From contig OZ024749.1 in the NCBI GenBank assembly GCA_964016885.1, forward strand, positions 42,408,001-42,472,000: a DNA stretch of 64,000 nucleotides. The letters are read 5' to 3'. This stretch comes from Eledone cirrhosa (taxonomy: Eukaryota). Below are positions 52,318-64,000 of the stretch, piece by piece (position 1 is the stretch's first letter; every line of letters begins with the position of its first letter). The translations under genes and the position numbers were made by a program. The notes under the pieces are model-generated. The model was not told where the DNA came from, did no database searches, and was given only the letters and a program-made list of their open reading frames with translations.

Positions 52318-52476
52318 GGATAACAAGTTATCGTTTAAGGTAATCCAGTTAGAGGTTGTGAGTACTCTGTACTATGGATAGTTTTAACGTAAGGCGTTGT
52401 TTGACTCAACAAGAAGTTTCCTTAGTTAGGTGGCGAGTTTACGAGAATTCCCATGCAGGTGATTCTTGGAGTAATA

Positions 52477-52663
52477 ATTGTTTCTACTTTAGGCACAAGG
52501 CCAGCAATTACCCAGTGCATTACTGGTACTTTATTTTATCGACCCCGTAAGGATGAAAGGCAAAGTCAACCTCGGCGGGATTTGAAATCAGATCGTAAAG
52601 GGACGTAACTATGCTGGAAAGCATGGCGTCCGACCCTCTACCGATACTGCTAATCCACCGCCC
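52477..52663 (-). mobile_element. tRNA-derived SINE (major family)
   Basis: Full-length copy, nearly identical to 59366-59550. Confidence 0.88.
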
Positions 52664-52867
52664 TTGGAGTAATAATAGTGAAAGAGTGAAGAATATCACA
52701 GTAGGCTGTACAAAAAAGGTTTTATTTACAGTATTCAGGAGTCTAAAGGTCGCTAATCACTAGAAATTGCGTCACTCGACCTTAAATACAGTGTGTGTCT
52801 CTGATATATAAGTATCGAGTACTCTGGTGGGTTATTGTCCACCTGGTATTTTACCACACCCTATCTG

Positions 52868-52944
<77 letters not shown>

Positions 52945-53541
52945 AAGAATAGGTGTGCATATATACGTGCGTTTGCATGTGTATGGGTATGTATGCATGC
53001 AAGTATGTATGTATGCATGTATGTACCTATAACATTGAACGTATGTATACAAGTGTGTGCGTGTGTGTGTTTGTGTGTGCGTGCGTGCGTGTGTGTGTGT
53101 GTGCGTGCGTGCGTGCTTGCGTGTGTGTGTGCGTGTGTGTGCGTGTGTGTGTGTGCGCGTGCGTGCGTGCTTGCGTGTGTGTGTGTGCGTGTATGTGCGT
53201 GCGTGCGTGTGTGTGCGCGTCGTGTGTGTGGACGCGTAGTTATAATGTTTGAATGTAGATATTCGGGACAATGTTGTAAAAAGTATAAATCTATTTCCTA
53301 TGTCTGCATTGGTCACTGAAGTCCACATTACCCCCTGGAGGATTTCATTTCATGTCTCAGTTTACAAAAGACGAGAAACATTTGAAACTATTTCAAGAAC
53401 TCAATTGAAACAAACAACCACCCAAGCTTGTAACCACTCAACATGTGAACACTACAACAGTTAAAAAGGAGCCTACATTTATATACTGAGGCTAAACAAT
53501 CTTGAAAACTTCAGAACATTTCAAAGAACACATTTAAAACG

Positions 53542-53657
<116 letters not shown>

Positions 53658-53679
53658 TACATATTATACACACACACAT

Positions 53680-53743
<64 letters not shown>

Positions 53744-54027
53744 TAAATTAGCGAGAATCGTTTTCAGCTCAGGAATTAACGAAAATCAACGTCCTATATG
53801 TGTGGCAAGCGCTCGATGAATCATATGAATCAGAGCTACAACATACGTTAAGGGCCAAACACACTGAGATGATGGTTAAACATATCACCCGCACTACCAA
53901 AATCAAAACGACCAAGTAATTCGGGTCAAACAATAAAAATATATGTGTTGATACTTTCCCGGACCCTGGACTGATGGTAAAATCCAGTATTGGTTTCTGC
54001 GACTCCATATACATATATACATATTAT

Positions 54028-54103
<76 letters not shown>

Positions 54104-54104
54104 G

Positions 54105-54299
54105 AAAAAATTCAAGAACCCGACGGCTGAGCTCCAGCCGTTTCTAGATCTAGTTCGGATTTAGCTGCCGAAATGGCCAGAGCTCAGCCGTCGGGGTCTT
54201 GAATCTTTTGATAATACCCACTCTACTACCCCAAGTATCGAGGACTAAGGTACGTTATGGCGTTATGGTCCACCTGGTATCTTACCACACCCTCTTTGT

Positions 54300-54302
<3 letters not shown>
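54105..54302. mobile_element. Fold-back element family A (variant)
   Basis: cccgacggctgagctc ... gagctcagccgtcgggg plus the same tail. Confidence 0.8.
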
Positions 54303-54396
<94 letters not shown>

Positions 54397-54398
<2 letters not shown>

Positions 54399-54852
54399 TA
54401 TAAAAAATAAATCAAAGAAGCCTTCAATACATCAAAAGTCTTTATTAGCCAACAATGTTTCGTCCTATTAAGGACTCATCAGGGCAAGTAAAGCTACAAG
54501 AAGCACTATTGGCCAATACAAAGCCAAAAACTCAGAAGAATATGGAGTATACATCTATTAAAGCTTAGGAAAGATATCTTTCCTAAGCTTTAATAGATGT
54601 ATACTCCATATTCTTCTGAGTTTTTGGCTTTGTATTGGCCAATAGTGCTTCTTGTAGCTTTACTTGCCCTGATGAGTCCTTAATAGGACGAAACATTGTT
54701 GGCTAATAAAGACTTTTGATGTATTGAAGGCTTCTTTGGTTTATTTTTTATAATTCTTCGGCTCTGTTTAATTACATTGAGCTATATCCTATACTGTCAT
54801 TTCTATAATATGAAGAGGGTGTTTAACTCCAACACACTCTAGTATTTTAATT

Positions 54853-54857
<5 letters not shown>
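54397..54857. mobile_element. Fold-back element family C: 179-bp palindromic arms with hammerhead, plus tail of about 100 nt
   Basis: Palindrome 54397-54754 centred on aagat|atctt with one visible mismatch; flanked by (TA)n. Confidence 0.88.
54666..54703 (+). ncRNA. Minimal type I hammerhead ribozyme motif
   Basis: gcc-CTGATGA-GTCC-ttaata-GGAC-GAAAC-att-GTT-ggc: stems I, II and a short III with an intact core. Mirror copy at 54448-54485 on the minus strand. Confidence 0.8.
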
Positions 54858-54888
<31 letters not shown>

Positions 54889-55515
54889 ACAAAGAATCGG
54901 AACCCGACGGCTGAGCTCTTGCCGTTTCAACTAGCTGTTGTGAGCAAGTAGTGGGTTTAATATGAGGACGAAAAGATGCACTGACAGTCTATTACCCTGT
55001 AATATGCCTCTTTCGTAGTTTATGGTATCGGACACAATTAACTTCTTATGACTTCTAAGGAGCAAACCGGTGTGCCAAGAAAATTAAATATAGAGACATC
55101 AGCATACGTACACGCACACTCACATACTCACCCACGCACTCGCACATACACATACACGCACACACACACACGCACACATAGATACATGCACACGCAACGT
55201 ACACACGCACACACACACATATACACCCACACACACGCACATACACATACACGCACACATAGATACATACACACATAGATACATTCACACGCACACACAC
55301 ATATACACCTACACACACGCGCACACACACAGATATGTACAATTATATATATATACATATAGATACACAAAGATATATACATACAGATATACGCACAAGT
55401 ACATCATTTATAGACCCATTTATTCATCTGTAAATTTTTTTCTCTTCTTAAAATTCAATTCAACTCAGTTCTTATCTTTTCACGGTGGTCACAACAACAA
55501 CAACAACCACAACAA

Positions 55516-55547
<32 letters not shown>

Positions 55548-55774
55548 ATGATGGCGACGATGACGACAGCGTCAACATTAAAGGCAGTTGTAGTAATAAT
55601 TAGTAAAGCTAATAATAATTTCTATTTAGGAAATAGTGACTTTATTATATATGTGAAATGTTACATACTTAATTGGTTCAACTGTGATGAGTTACTGGTA
55701 TGTCAGTACTAAATACTAAGTGCGAGGTTTTTTCCCCTTTATATAAACAGTGATTTAATATTTGAGAAGGGAAG

Positions 55775-56200
55775 AAGACATTTAAAATGGCGGTTGGGTA
55801 TTTAAGATAGAAGGACGACAGTTATCATAGCTAGGACAAGATTGTGGCTGTTATTTAATACAACTGGGGCAATTAAAGATGGAGGGCAAACTTTAAAATG
55901 GGGAGGATGTATTTAAGATAGAGAGAGAGGGCATATTTAATATGAAGAGGATATATTTAACATGAAAAGGGTATATTTAATGTGGAGAATTTATATTTGA
56001 TATGGAGAGGGTATATTCAAAATGGAGAGGGTATATTTAATATGGAGAGGGTGTATTTAATACGAAGTGGGTATACTTAATACGAGTGGGTATATTTAAG
56101 ATGAAGTGGGCACATTTAATACGGGAGGATATATCTAATATAGTGGTTGTGGAGGTAGAATCTAAGATAAATGAGGAGAATTTGAAATGGCGGTTGGATA
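55775..56200. repeat. Degenerate minisatellite, unit about 20 bp
   Basis: [24 protein letters not shown] units. Confidence 0.75.
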
Positions 56201-56279
56201 TCTTTGATGGTGGGTGACACTTAACATAGCTGAGATAATTTAAGACTGAAGGACTCAATGCCAACAATTTTCTTTTGAG

Positions 56280-57860
56280 GGAAAGGCGATTAAATTGATC
56301 CCAGTACTTGAGTGATTTATTTTATCGATCTCGGAAGGATAAAAAGCAAATTTGGCTTCGGTAAATGGCCGTAACTAAATGCTACAAAACATTTTATCCT
56401 ACGCTCTACCGATACTGCCAATCCACCACCCTAAATAACTGATTCTATTTTTGGTACATGCCCAGCAATTTGAAAAGGTAAGAGGAAAGTCGATTAAATC
56501 GACCCCAGTGCATTACTGGTGCTTTATTCTATCGATTCCGTAAATATGAAAGGCAAAGCTAACCTCGGCAGGATTTGAATTCAGAACGTAAAGGGACGTA
56601 ACTCTATACTGTAAAGCATGGTGTCCAACTCTCTACCGATACTGCCAAGTAGTAATAATTGTTTATACTTTCGGCACAATGCCAGCAATTACCCAGTACA
56701 TTACTGGTACTTTATTTTATCGACCTCGTAAGGATGAAAGGCAAAGTTAACCTTGGGATAATAGTAATAATTTAAGAGGTCATGTCGTGTGTAGAAAGAA
56801 TTTGAACCTAGGACTTTGGCTGTAAACATTATAGAAGCAACCATTTTGTCCCCCAGCAAAGAAACGTTATAATCAAGGAAAGTGAATATAATAGGGCGGT
56901 GAATTGGCAGTATCGGTAGAGAGTCGAGCACCATGCTTTGCAGCATAGAGTTACGGTCCTTTACGGTCTGAGTTCAAATCCCGCAGAGGGTAACTTTGCC
57001 TTTCATCCTTACGGGGTCGATAAAATAAAGTACCAGTCATGCACTGGGATCAATTTAATCGACTTCCCCTTCCCCCAAATTACTGGCCTTGTGCCTATAT
57101 AAGAAACCGTTATAACCAAGGAAAGTTGTTAACGAAATGAAAGGTTAGTCACGGAAATATCATTATCAAGGACAATAGAATTCAGTACTAACAAACAAAA
57201 GAACTTTCTAGTCTTCGGCATCTCACTGTTTCTTTGCTGAACGAAAATAATTAGTTTTACTTTTTATATAAAGAATAATAACAATAACAATAACAGTAAT
57301 AATGACAATAATAACAATGATAATAACAGTAATGATAACAATAATTGTTTCTAATTTAGGTACAAGGCCAGCAATTACCCAGTACATTACTGGTACTTTA
57401 TTTTATCGACCGCGTAAGGATGAAAGGCAAAGTTAACCTCGGCGGGATTTGAACTCAGACCGTAAAGGGATGTAACTATGCTGGAAAGCATGGCGTCCGA
57501 CCCTCGACCAATACTGTCAATCCACAACAATAATGAAAGTGATTCGGAATGAGGGTAATTTCTGTGGCAATAAAGGTACACATACAAGGCCACATACACA
57601 CACATACATACACGGCCGTACACATAGACACACACACTGACACAGACACACACAGAGACACACAAACACAGCAATTTGTAGAGAGGGGAAAGTAGATAAT
57701 ATCGACCCGAGTATTAAACTGGTACTTTACTTTATCGACTCCGTAAGGATGAAAGTCAAAGATTTCCTCGGTGGGATTTGAACTCAGAATGTGAACGGCT
57801 AAAACACGAACACCTTAAGGTATTTTGTCTGACACTCTAACAATTCTGCTAATCCACCCA
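56280..57860. mobile_element. SINE cluster (at least six major-family copies, both orientations)
   Basis: Minus copies at about 56280-56430, 56440-56648, 56658-56752, 57343-57525 and 57670-57860; plus copy at 56894-57108. Confidence 0.85.
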
Positions 57861-58104
57861 CCTTTCCCTAATCCATCGACCTTTCCCTAATCCACTGACC
57901 CCCCCATTCACCCACTGATCCCCCCTAATCCACTGACTACCCCCTCATCCGCCTTGCTTTTAATCTTTTCGGAGATAAAATAAAGAACCAATCAATCGAG
58001 GACCGATCTCGATTTAATCGATGACTCCCTCTCCCCCCCCCGCATTGATGACCCCTCCACATCCTTCTCCAAACGCACACATAGTAACCTTGTACTAATA
58101 ATTA

Positions 58105-58702
58105 TTTCTAATATTGGTACAAGAGCACCAATTTGGGGGCCAGGGAAAGTCGACTATATCGACCCCAATACTTAACTAGTACTTTATCTTATCGACACCA
58201 GTACTTAACTAGTACTTTATCTTATCGACCCCAGTACTTAACAAGTACTTTATCTTATCGACCCCAATACTTAACTAGTATTTTATCTTATCGACACCAG
58301 TACTTAACTAGTACTTTATCTTATTGACCTCAGTACTTAACTAGTACTTTATCTTATTGACCTCAGTACTTAACTAGTATTTTATCTTATCGACACCAGT
58401 ACTTAACTAGTACTTTATCTTATCGACACCAGTACTTAACTAGTACTTTATCTTATTGACCTCAGTACTTAACTAGTACTTTATCTTATTGACCTCAGTA
58501 CTTAACTAATACTTTATCTTATTGACCTCAGTACTTAACTAATACGTTATCTTATCGACTCCAATACTTAACTAGTATTTTATTTTATAAACCCCGAAAG
58601 GATGAAAGACAAAGTTGGCTTTGGTGGGATTTGAACTGATGACGTTGAAAGCCGTAACTAAATACCACAAAGTATTTGTTGATACAGCTAACCCACCGCC
58701 CT
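58105..58702 (-). mobile_element. SINE with internal 33-bp tandem amplification
   Basis: SINE ends flank about 13 units of gacaccagtacttaactagtactttatcttatc. Confidence 0.85.
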
Positions 58703-58807
58703 AAATAGAACCTTATTTTAAACATTTCATTACAGCATTTCTAATGAAAGATTCCGCTTAAGTTATAACAATAATCAAGAATTTGGAAGGATTTACTAGA
58801 AATAACT

Positions 58808-58968
58808 ACCCTATTTCCCGTCCTCGAGGACGCACTCTAATTTTGATCCCCCCCCCCCCCCAAAAAAAAAAATAATAATAAACAACCTTCGGCCTCCAGG
58901 ACGCAATGGTAGATTTTTGAGACTTATTTTATGAAAAAGTAGCGTCTTCGACGCCGGGAAATACGGTA
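58808..58968. mobile_element. pogo/Tc1-mariner-type MITE
   Basis: Same family, opposite orientation. Confidence 0.75.
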
Positions 58969-59030
58969 ACTTTATCATTAATAAATTGGTGTTTGGAGCA
59001 CAACATATTGGATAAATATAAACACTTTAA

Positions 59031-59248
59031 CCCTTTAGCATTTACATTACTCTATATTTACTATTATATTTTCGCAGTAAAGGCTTTATCTTATGTAATA
59101 TCTCATATAATATTGAATCTGAGATTTTGATATTATTTATTTTGAGAACAATACCTTAACCCAAACATGAGTGGCTAGTTACAGCCAGTTTGAACATAAA
59201 GAGGTGAGGGAATTCTCGCCGGTTATGGCCGGTTTAAATGCTAAAGAG
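59031..59248. mobile_element. piggyBac-like MITE
   Basis: TTAA-ccctttagcattt ... aaatgctaaagag-TTAA. Confidence 0.7.
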
Positions 59249-59365
59249 TTAAACCTTTCGTTACTATATTTATAATGAAAGACATTGCTTGTGATTAAAA
59301 AAAATAATTTTTAAAATAATCAAGATTTTTAAAGGATTTAGTCCTATAATTTTGTTATTATTTAT

Positions 59366-59550
59366 AATTGTTTCTACTTTAGGCACAAGGCCAGCAATTA
59401 CCCAGTGCATTACTGGTAGTTTATTTTATCGACCCCGTAAGGATGAAAGGCAAAGTCAACCTCGGCGGGATTTGAACTCAGATCGTAAAGGGACGTAACT
59501 ATGCTGGAAAGCATGGCGTCCGACCCTCTACCGATACTGCCAATCCACCG
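59366..59550 (-). mobile_element. tRNA-derived SINE (major family)
   Basis: Full-length copy. Confidence 0.88.
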
Positions 59551-60202
59551 ACAATTTATAATAACTCATGTTTGGAATACAAAGGATTTTTCATAAAATT
59601 ATGATTGAATACTTTTAGATAAATACGATAAATATATAGACTTTAAATGAAACGGTTTTGTATTGTCGAATGAGGGAGAGTTTCGGTTGGTTTGGTAGTA
59701 GAAGGGTCAGAGTATTTAATTCTTTCGGGATCGATAAATAAAGAAACAGTCTATGGATTAGGGGGCTGGACTGGATTGGGGGTGGAATATGATTAGAGCG
59801 TCGTAGAGGATCGTAGAGTGTTGTATAGGATATTTTTGTAGTATTAAGGTCAACTATGCTTTTCAACCTTCCGGGATCGATAAGATAAAGCACCTGTCTA
59901 GGGATTGGGGAGCTGGGTGGAAGATCGTTAGAGTGTCGTATAGGATATTTTTGTAGTATTAAGATCAACATTGCTTTTCATTCTTACGGAGGCGATAAAA
60001 TAAAGCACCAAGATGTAGTGTGGTAAATATATATATATGTATGTATATATATATATATATATATACCAGGTCCGAACACAAAGGAATCAATCACCCACTG
60101 TCACTGCCTCCGTACTGAGATCGATATCCGTCTGTTCTCTTCCCGCTTAAATATTTTGAGCCTAAATTAGAAATACTTATGATAAGCCCCCCCCCCCCCC
60201 GG

Positions 60203-60416
60203 ACGGTGGATTGCCAGTATCGGTAGAGCGTTGGACGCCATGCTTTGCAGCATAGAGTTACGGTCCTTTACGGTCTAAGTTCAAATCCCACCGAGGTTAA
60301 CTTTGCCTTTCATCCTTACCGGATGGATAAAATAAAGCACCAGTAACGTACTGGGGTCGATTTTAATCGACTTCCCCTCCTCCCAAATTACTGGCCTTGT
60401 GCCTATACTAGAAATC
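60203..60416 (+). mobile_element. tRNA-derived SINE (major family)
   Basis: Full-length copy. Confidence 0.87.
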
Positions 60417-61143
60417 ATTATGACAAGGATTCCCAAACACGGTTAAATCTACCCTCAACGCTTGAGGGTAGATTTCTCTTACTGATTAAATTTGGTTCTA
60501 TATATGTTTATTATTAGTTATTTATAAACTAGTCAAATAACGTTGTTTGTTATTGTTGATTGATTAAAACAACAACAACAACAACAGCACATTAGGGATT
60601 CACCTTAGTCAGTGGGTAGTAGGGTATAGGGTGGTGGTGGTAGTGAAGAGGGTAGTCCCCCCCTCCCCCCGGACGACACTTTTATAAGGGCAGCACATCA
60701 TTAAGAGGGAGTCATTGTACAATATGTTGTATTTTTGTGTATAGGGAGACCTGAGGTTGGTGAACGACAAAAAAACAACAACAACAGAAACAACAAAAAT
60801 AACCCCCCCCCCCCAAAAAAAAACAGGGGTCGCTGGCCTCGGGTGGATAATTCAAAGGCTCTCTGGCGGTAAATTCAAGGGATACCGCGGGCGGTAATCG
60901 ATCTAATTACGTCATTATCAGCGAGTGTCTTCTCATCGAAATGTAATCACAAATTACTGAATAAAACAGGGTGGCGGTAAATTCTCTTTCGAAAAGTTTT
61001 TCCAAAGGAAAGATTTTTAGGAATTCTTTCACCATTTTAAAGATGTCGTCCCGTAGTTAAGGCAGATGTTGAAAACAACACTCGAACACATTTCATGACT
61101 AACAGTATAACGGTATAGATAACATGTTTTTAAAACGGAACGA

Positions 61144-61212
<69 letters not shown>

Positions 61213-61319
61213 TGTGTGTATGTATATATATATATAAATATATGTATATATATATATAATATTGTAAATAAACCCTTTTTGTACAGCCGACCATGTTATT
61301 TTTCATTCTTTTACTATAA

Positions 61320-61352
<33 letters not shown>

Positions 61353-61354
<2 letters not shown>

Positions 61355-61529
61355 ACGAAAGAAATGTGGTAAGGAACCAAGTGGACCATAACGCACCAAA
61401 GTACTCAATACTTAGGGTAGTAGAGTGGGTAATAGGAACGAGTAGGACCCCGACGGCTGAGCTCAAACCGTCCAGAATTAGCCGTCGAAACGGCTTGAGC
61501 TCAGCCGTCGGGGTCCTACTCGTTCCTAT
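61353..61529. mobile_element. Fold-back element family A
   Basis: Tail followed by taggaacgagtaggaccccgacggctgagctcaa ... ttgagctcagccgtcggggtcctactcgttccta. Confidence 0.85.
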
Positions 61530-61877
61530 ATATCTATATATCTATCTATATCTATATCTATATATATATATATATATAAATATATACACAGATAAAAGCA
61601 TATTTATATATATATAAATATATACACAGATAAAAGCATATTTATATATATATAAATATATACACAGATAAAAGCATATTTATATATATATATATGTGCA
61701 GACAGACATAGGATGTTTTGAGAAGTGGATTGATTGTGGGAAACTTTGAAGAAAACTGTCAGTATTAATAATAAACAAAGGTTATTTTGACACTACTATA
61801 CACAGTATAATGAGTCGTTCTTCATTGAAGGCATGTTTATAAAACAACCACACACACATATAATATACATATTCAGG

Positions 61878-61972
<95 letters not shown>

Positions 61973-61996
61973 TACATATAGACATATATAGACATA

Positions 61997-62058
<62 letters not shown>

Positions 62059-62066
62059 TATATAGA

Positions 62067-62125
<59 letters not shown>

Positions 62126-62511
62126 GTGTGCGTGCGTGTATGCATTTATTTATGTATGTATATACAAAAGGATAGAGAGTAAGATAAATAGAGAGATAGG
62201 TAGATAGATGTAGATAAATAAATAAATATTTAACTTACCAAAATTACTTTAGGTTAGCACCACCAAATAAAAAATATACTGATATGGATATAAGATATAT
62301 ATATAATATATATATAATATATATTCTAAAGATAATATTTATATATATATTATATAAAATTTATATATAATGCATATGATATATATATAAATATATATAT
62401 ATATAATGCATATGATATATATATATATATATATATATATAAATTATATAAAATTTATATATAATGCATAAACAAATATATATCTATATATCTTTACACC
62501 AGACAGGAAAG

Positions 62512-62572
<61 letters not shown>

Positions 62573-63154
62573 TTAATCAATTAATAAATATTAGTAATAA
62601 TAATCGCAACCAAAACCATAATTAATTATAATACTAATAATGATAATGATAGTAAAAACGCTACTGATAATAATTGTTTCTATTTTTGGCACAAGGCCAG
62701 CAGTTTTTCCCAGTGTATTACTGGTACTTGGAAAGGGTGATGTATGTCAAACAACAGCAGCAAGAAACTCCCAAGTTGTTTTAAGAAGAAATCTATAGAT
62801 CCATGAAAGACAGCTGTATGTCTCTGAGGTTACGAGAAAATTACTTTTGTTTTCGTTCTTCGTTTTTCTCAGACGATACTGACCGCCACTTGCTAGAAAG
62901 GTTAGTGTGCTTTTTACACCTGTGTCTTCGGAAGCTCATAAGCAACGCTACCTTGTGTTTTGACAAACATACAACAAACGTTATCACCTGTATACCTGCA
63001 TTGGTGATTGGCATTTTTTTTTCTTTTCCTTTCTTTTCTTTTCTTTTCTTATCTTTTCTTTTCTTTTACGGAGGCGTGCCCAACCGTGTGGTTTGTTCAT
63101 ACATGTATGTGTCTATGTGTCTATGTGTCTATGTGTCTATGTGTGTATGTGTGT

Positions 63155-63185
<31 letters not shown>

Positions 63186-63309
63186 TGAGTGAGTGAGAAA
63201 GTGTGTGTGAGTGTGAGCGTATGAATGTTTGTGTGCGTGTGTGTGTGAGAGAGAGTGTATGTGTGTGTGTGTGAGCGTATGAATGTTTGTGTGCGTGTGA
63301 AAGAGAAAG

Positions 63310-63349
<40 letters not shown>

Positions 63350-63374
63350 GGATAGATAGAGTGAGAGAGAGAGT

Positions 63375-63452
<78 letters not shown>

Positions 63453-64000
63453 GTTTGTGTGTGTGAACGTATGAATGTTTGTGTGATTGTGAAAGAGACT
63501 GACAGAGAAAGTGTGTGTGTGCGTGTGTATGTATGTGAGTGTGAGAGAGTGAGAGAAAGTGTGTGTATGTATGTGGATGTTTAGTGCGGGTGTTTGTGTG
63601 TCTGTGTGTGTGCGTCTGTATTGTCTGTGTGTATGTATATATGTCTTAGTATGTATATATGTCTGTGTACGTATATATGTCTGTGTATGTATGTATGTCT
63701 GTGTATGTATATATGTCTGTGTATGTATGTATGTCTGTGTATGTATGTATGTCTGTGTATGTATGTATAGGGATGTGTAGAGAGGGTATGTGTGTGCGTT
63801 TCTGTGTATCTCTGTGTATGTGTATCTGTGTGGTGTGTATATATATATATATATTCCTGTGTATGTATGAATATGTGCGTTTGGCTGTGTGCGGCACTGT
63901 GTTTATATCTATTTGTAGTGTGGTGTGTGTGTGTGTGTGTATGTATGTTTTCTTTGTGTACACTTTTGTGCGTTTGTGTATATATGTTTGTATTTGTTTA

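Noticed and set aside
58152-58590. CRISPR-like 33-bp repeats with a palindromic core
   Set aside because: Units are head-to-tail with no unique spacers and derive from a SINE.

Overview
Eukaryotic, very AT-rich and saturated with microsatellites and SINEs. The repeat landscape looks like a cephalopod (octopus-type) genome, which is an inference. One complete spliced gene can be rebuilt by hand on the minus strand: a plasma-membrane-type Na+/H+ exchanger (SLC9A/NHE, CPA1 family) with 22 coding exons from ATG 43465 to stop 5737, 2514 nt or 837 aa. All introns are GT-AG and all splice phases are compatible. Almost all ORFs in the supplied track are microsatellite artefacts. Introns and flanks carry tRNA-derived SINEs, Tc1/mariner/pogo-like and piggyBac-like MITEs, a (GATA)n-targeted Tx1/L1-like LINE, RTE fragments and several minisatellites. 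The most notable signal is a dense population of short fold-back elements (an inverted repeat plus a one-sided tail) inserted in (TA)n tracts. Several carry minimal hammerhead ribozyme cores. One encloses a Penelope-like retroelement ORF fragment and another encloses a copy of nearby DNA. Together this suggests a microsatellite-targeted Penelope-like/retrozyme system that seeds ribozymes and long dsRNA hairpins in and around the NHE pre-mRNA.
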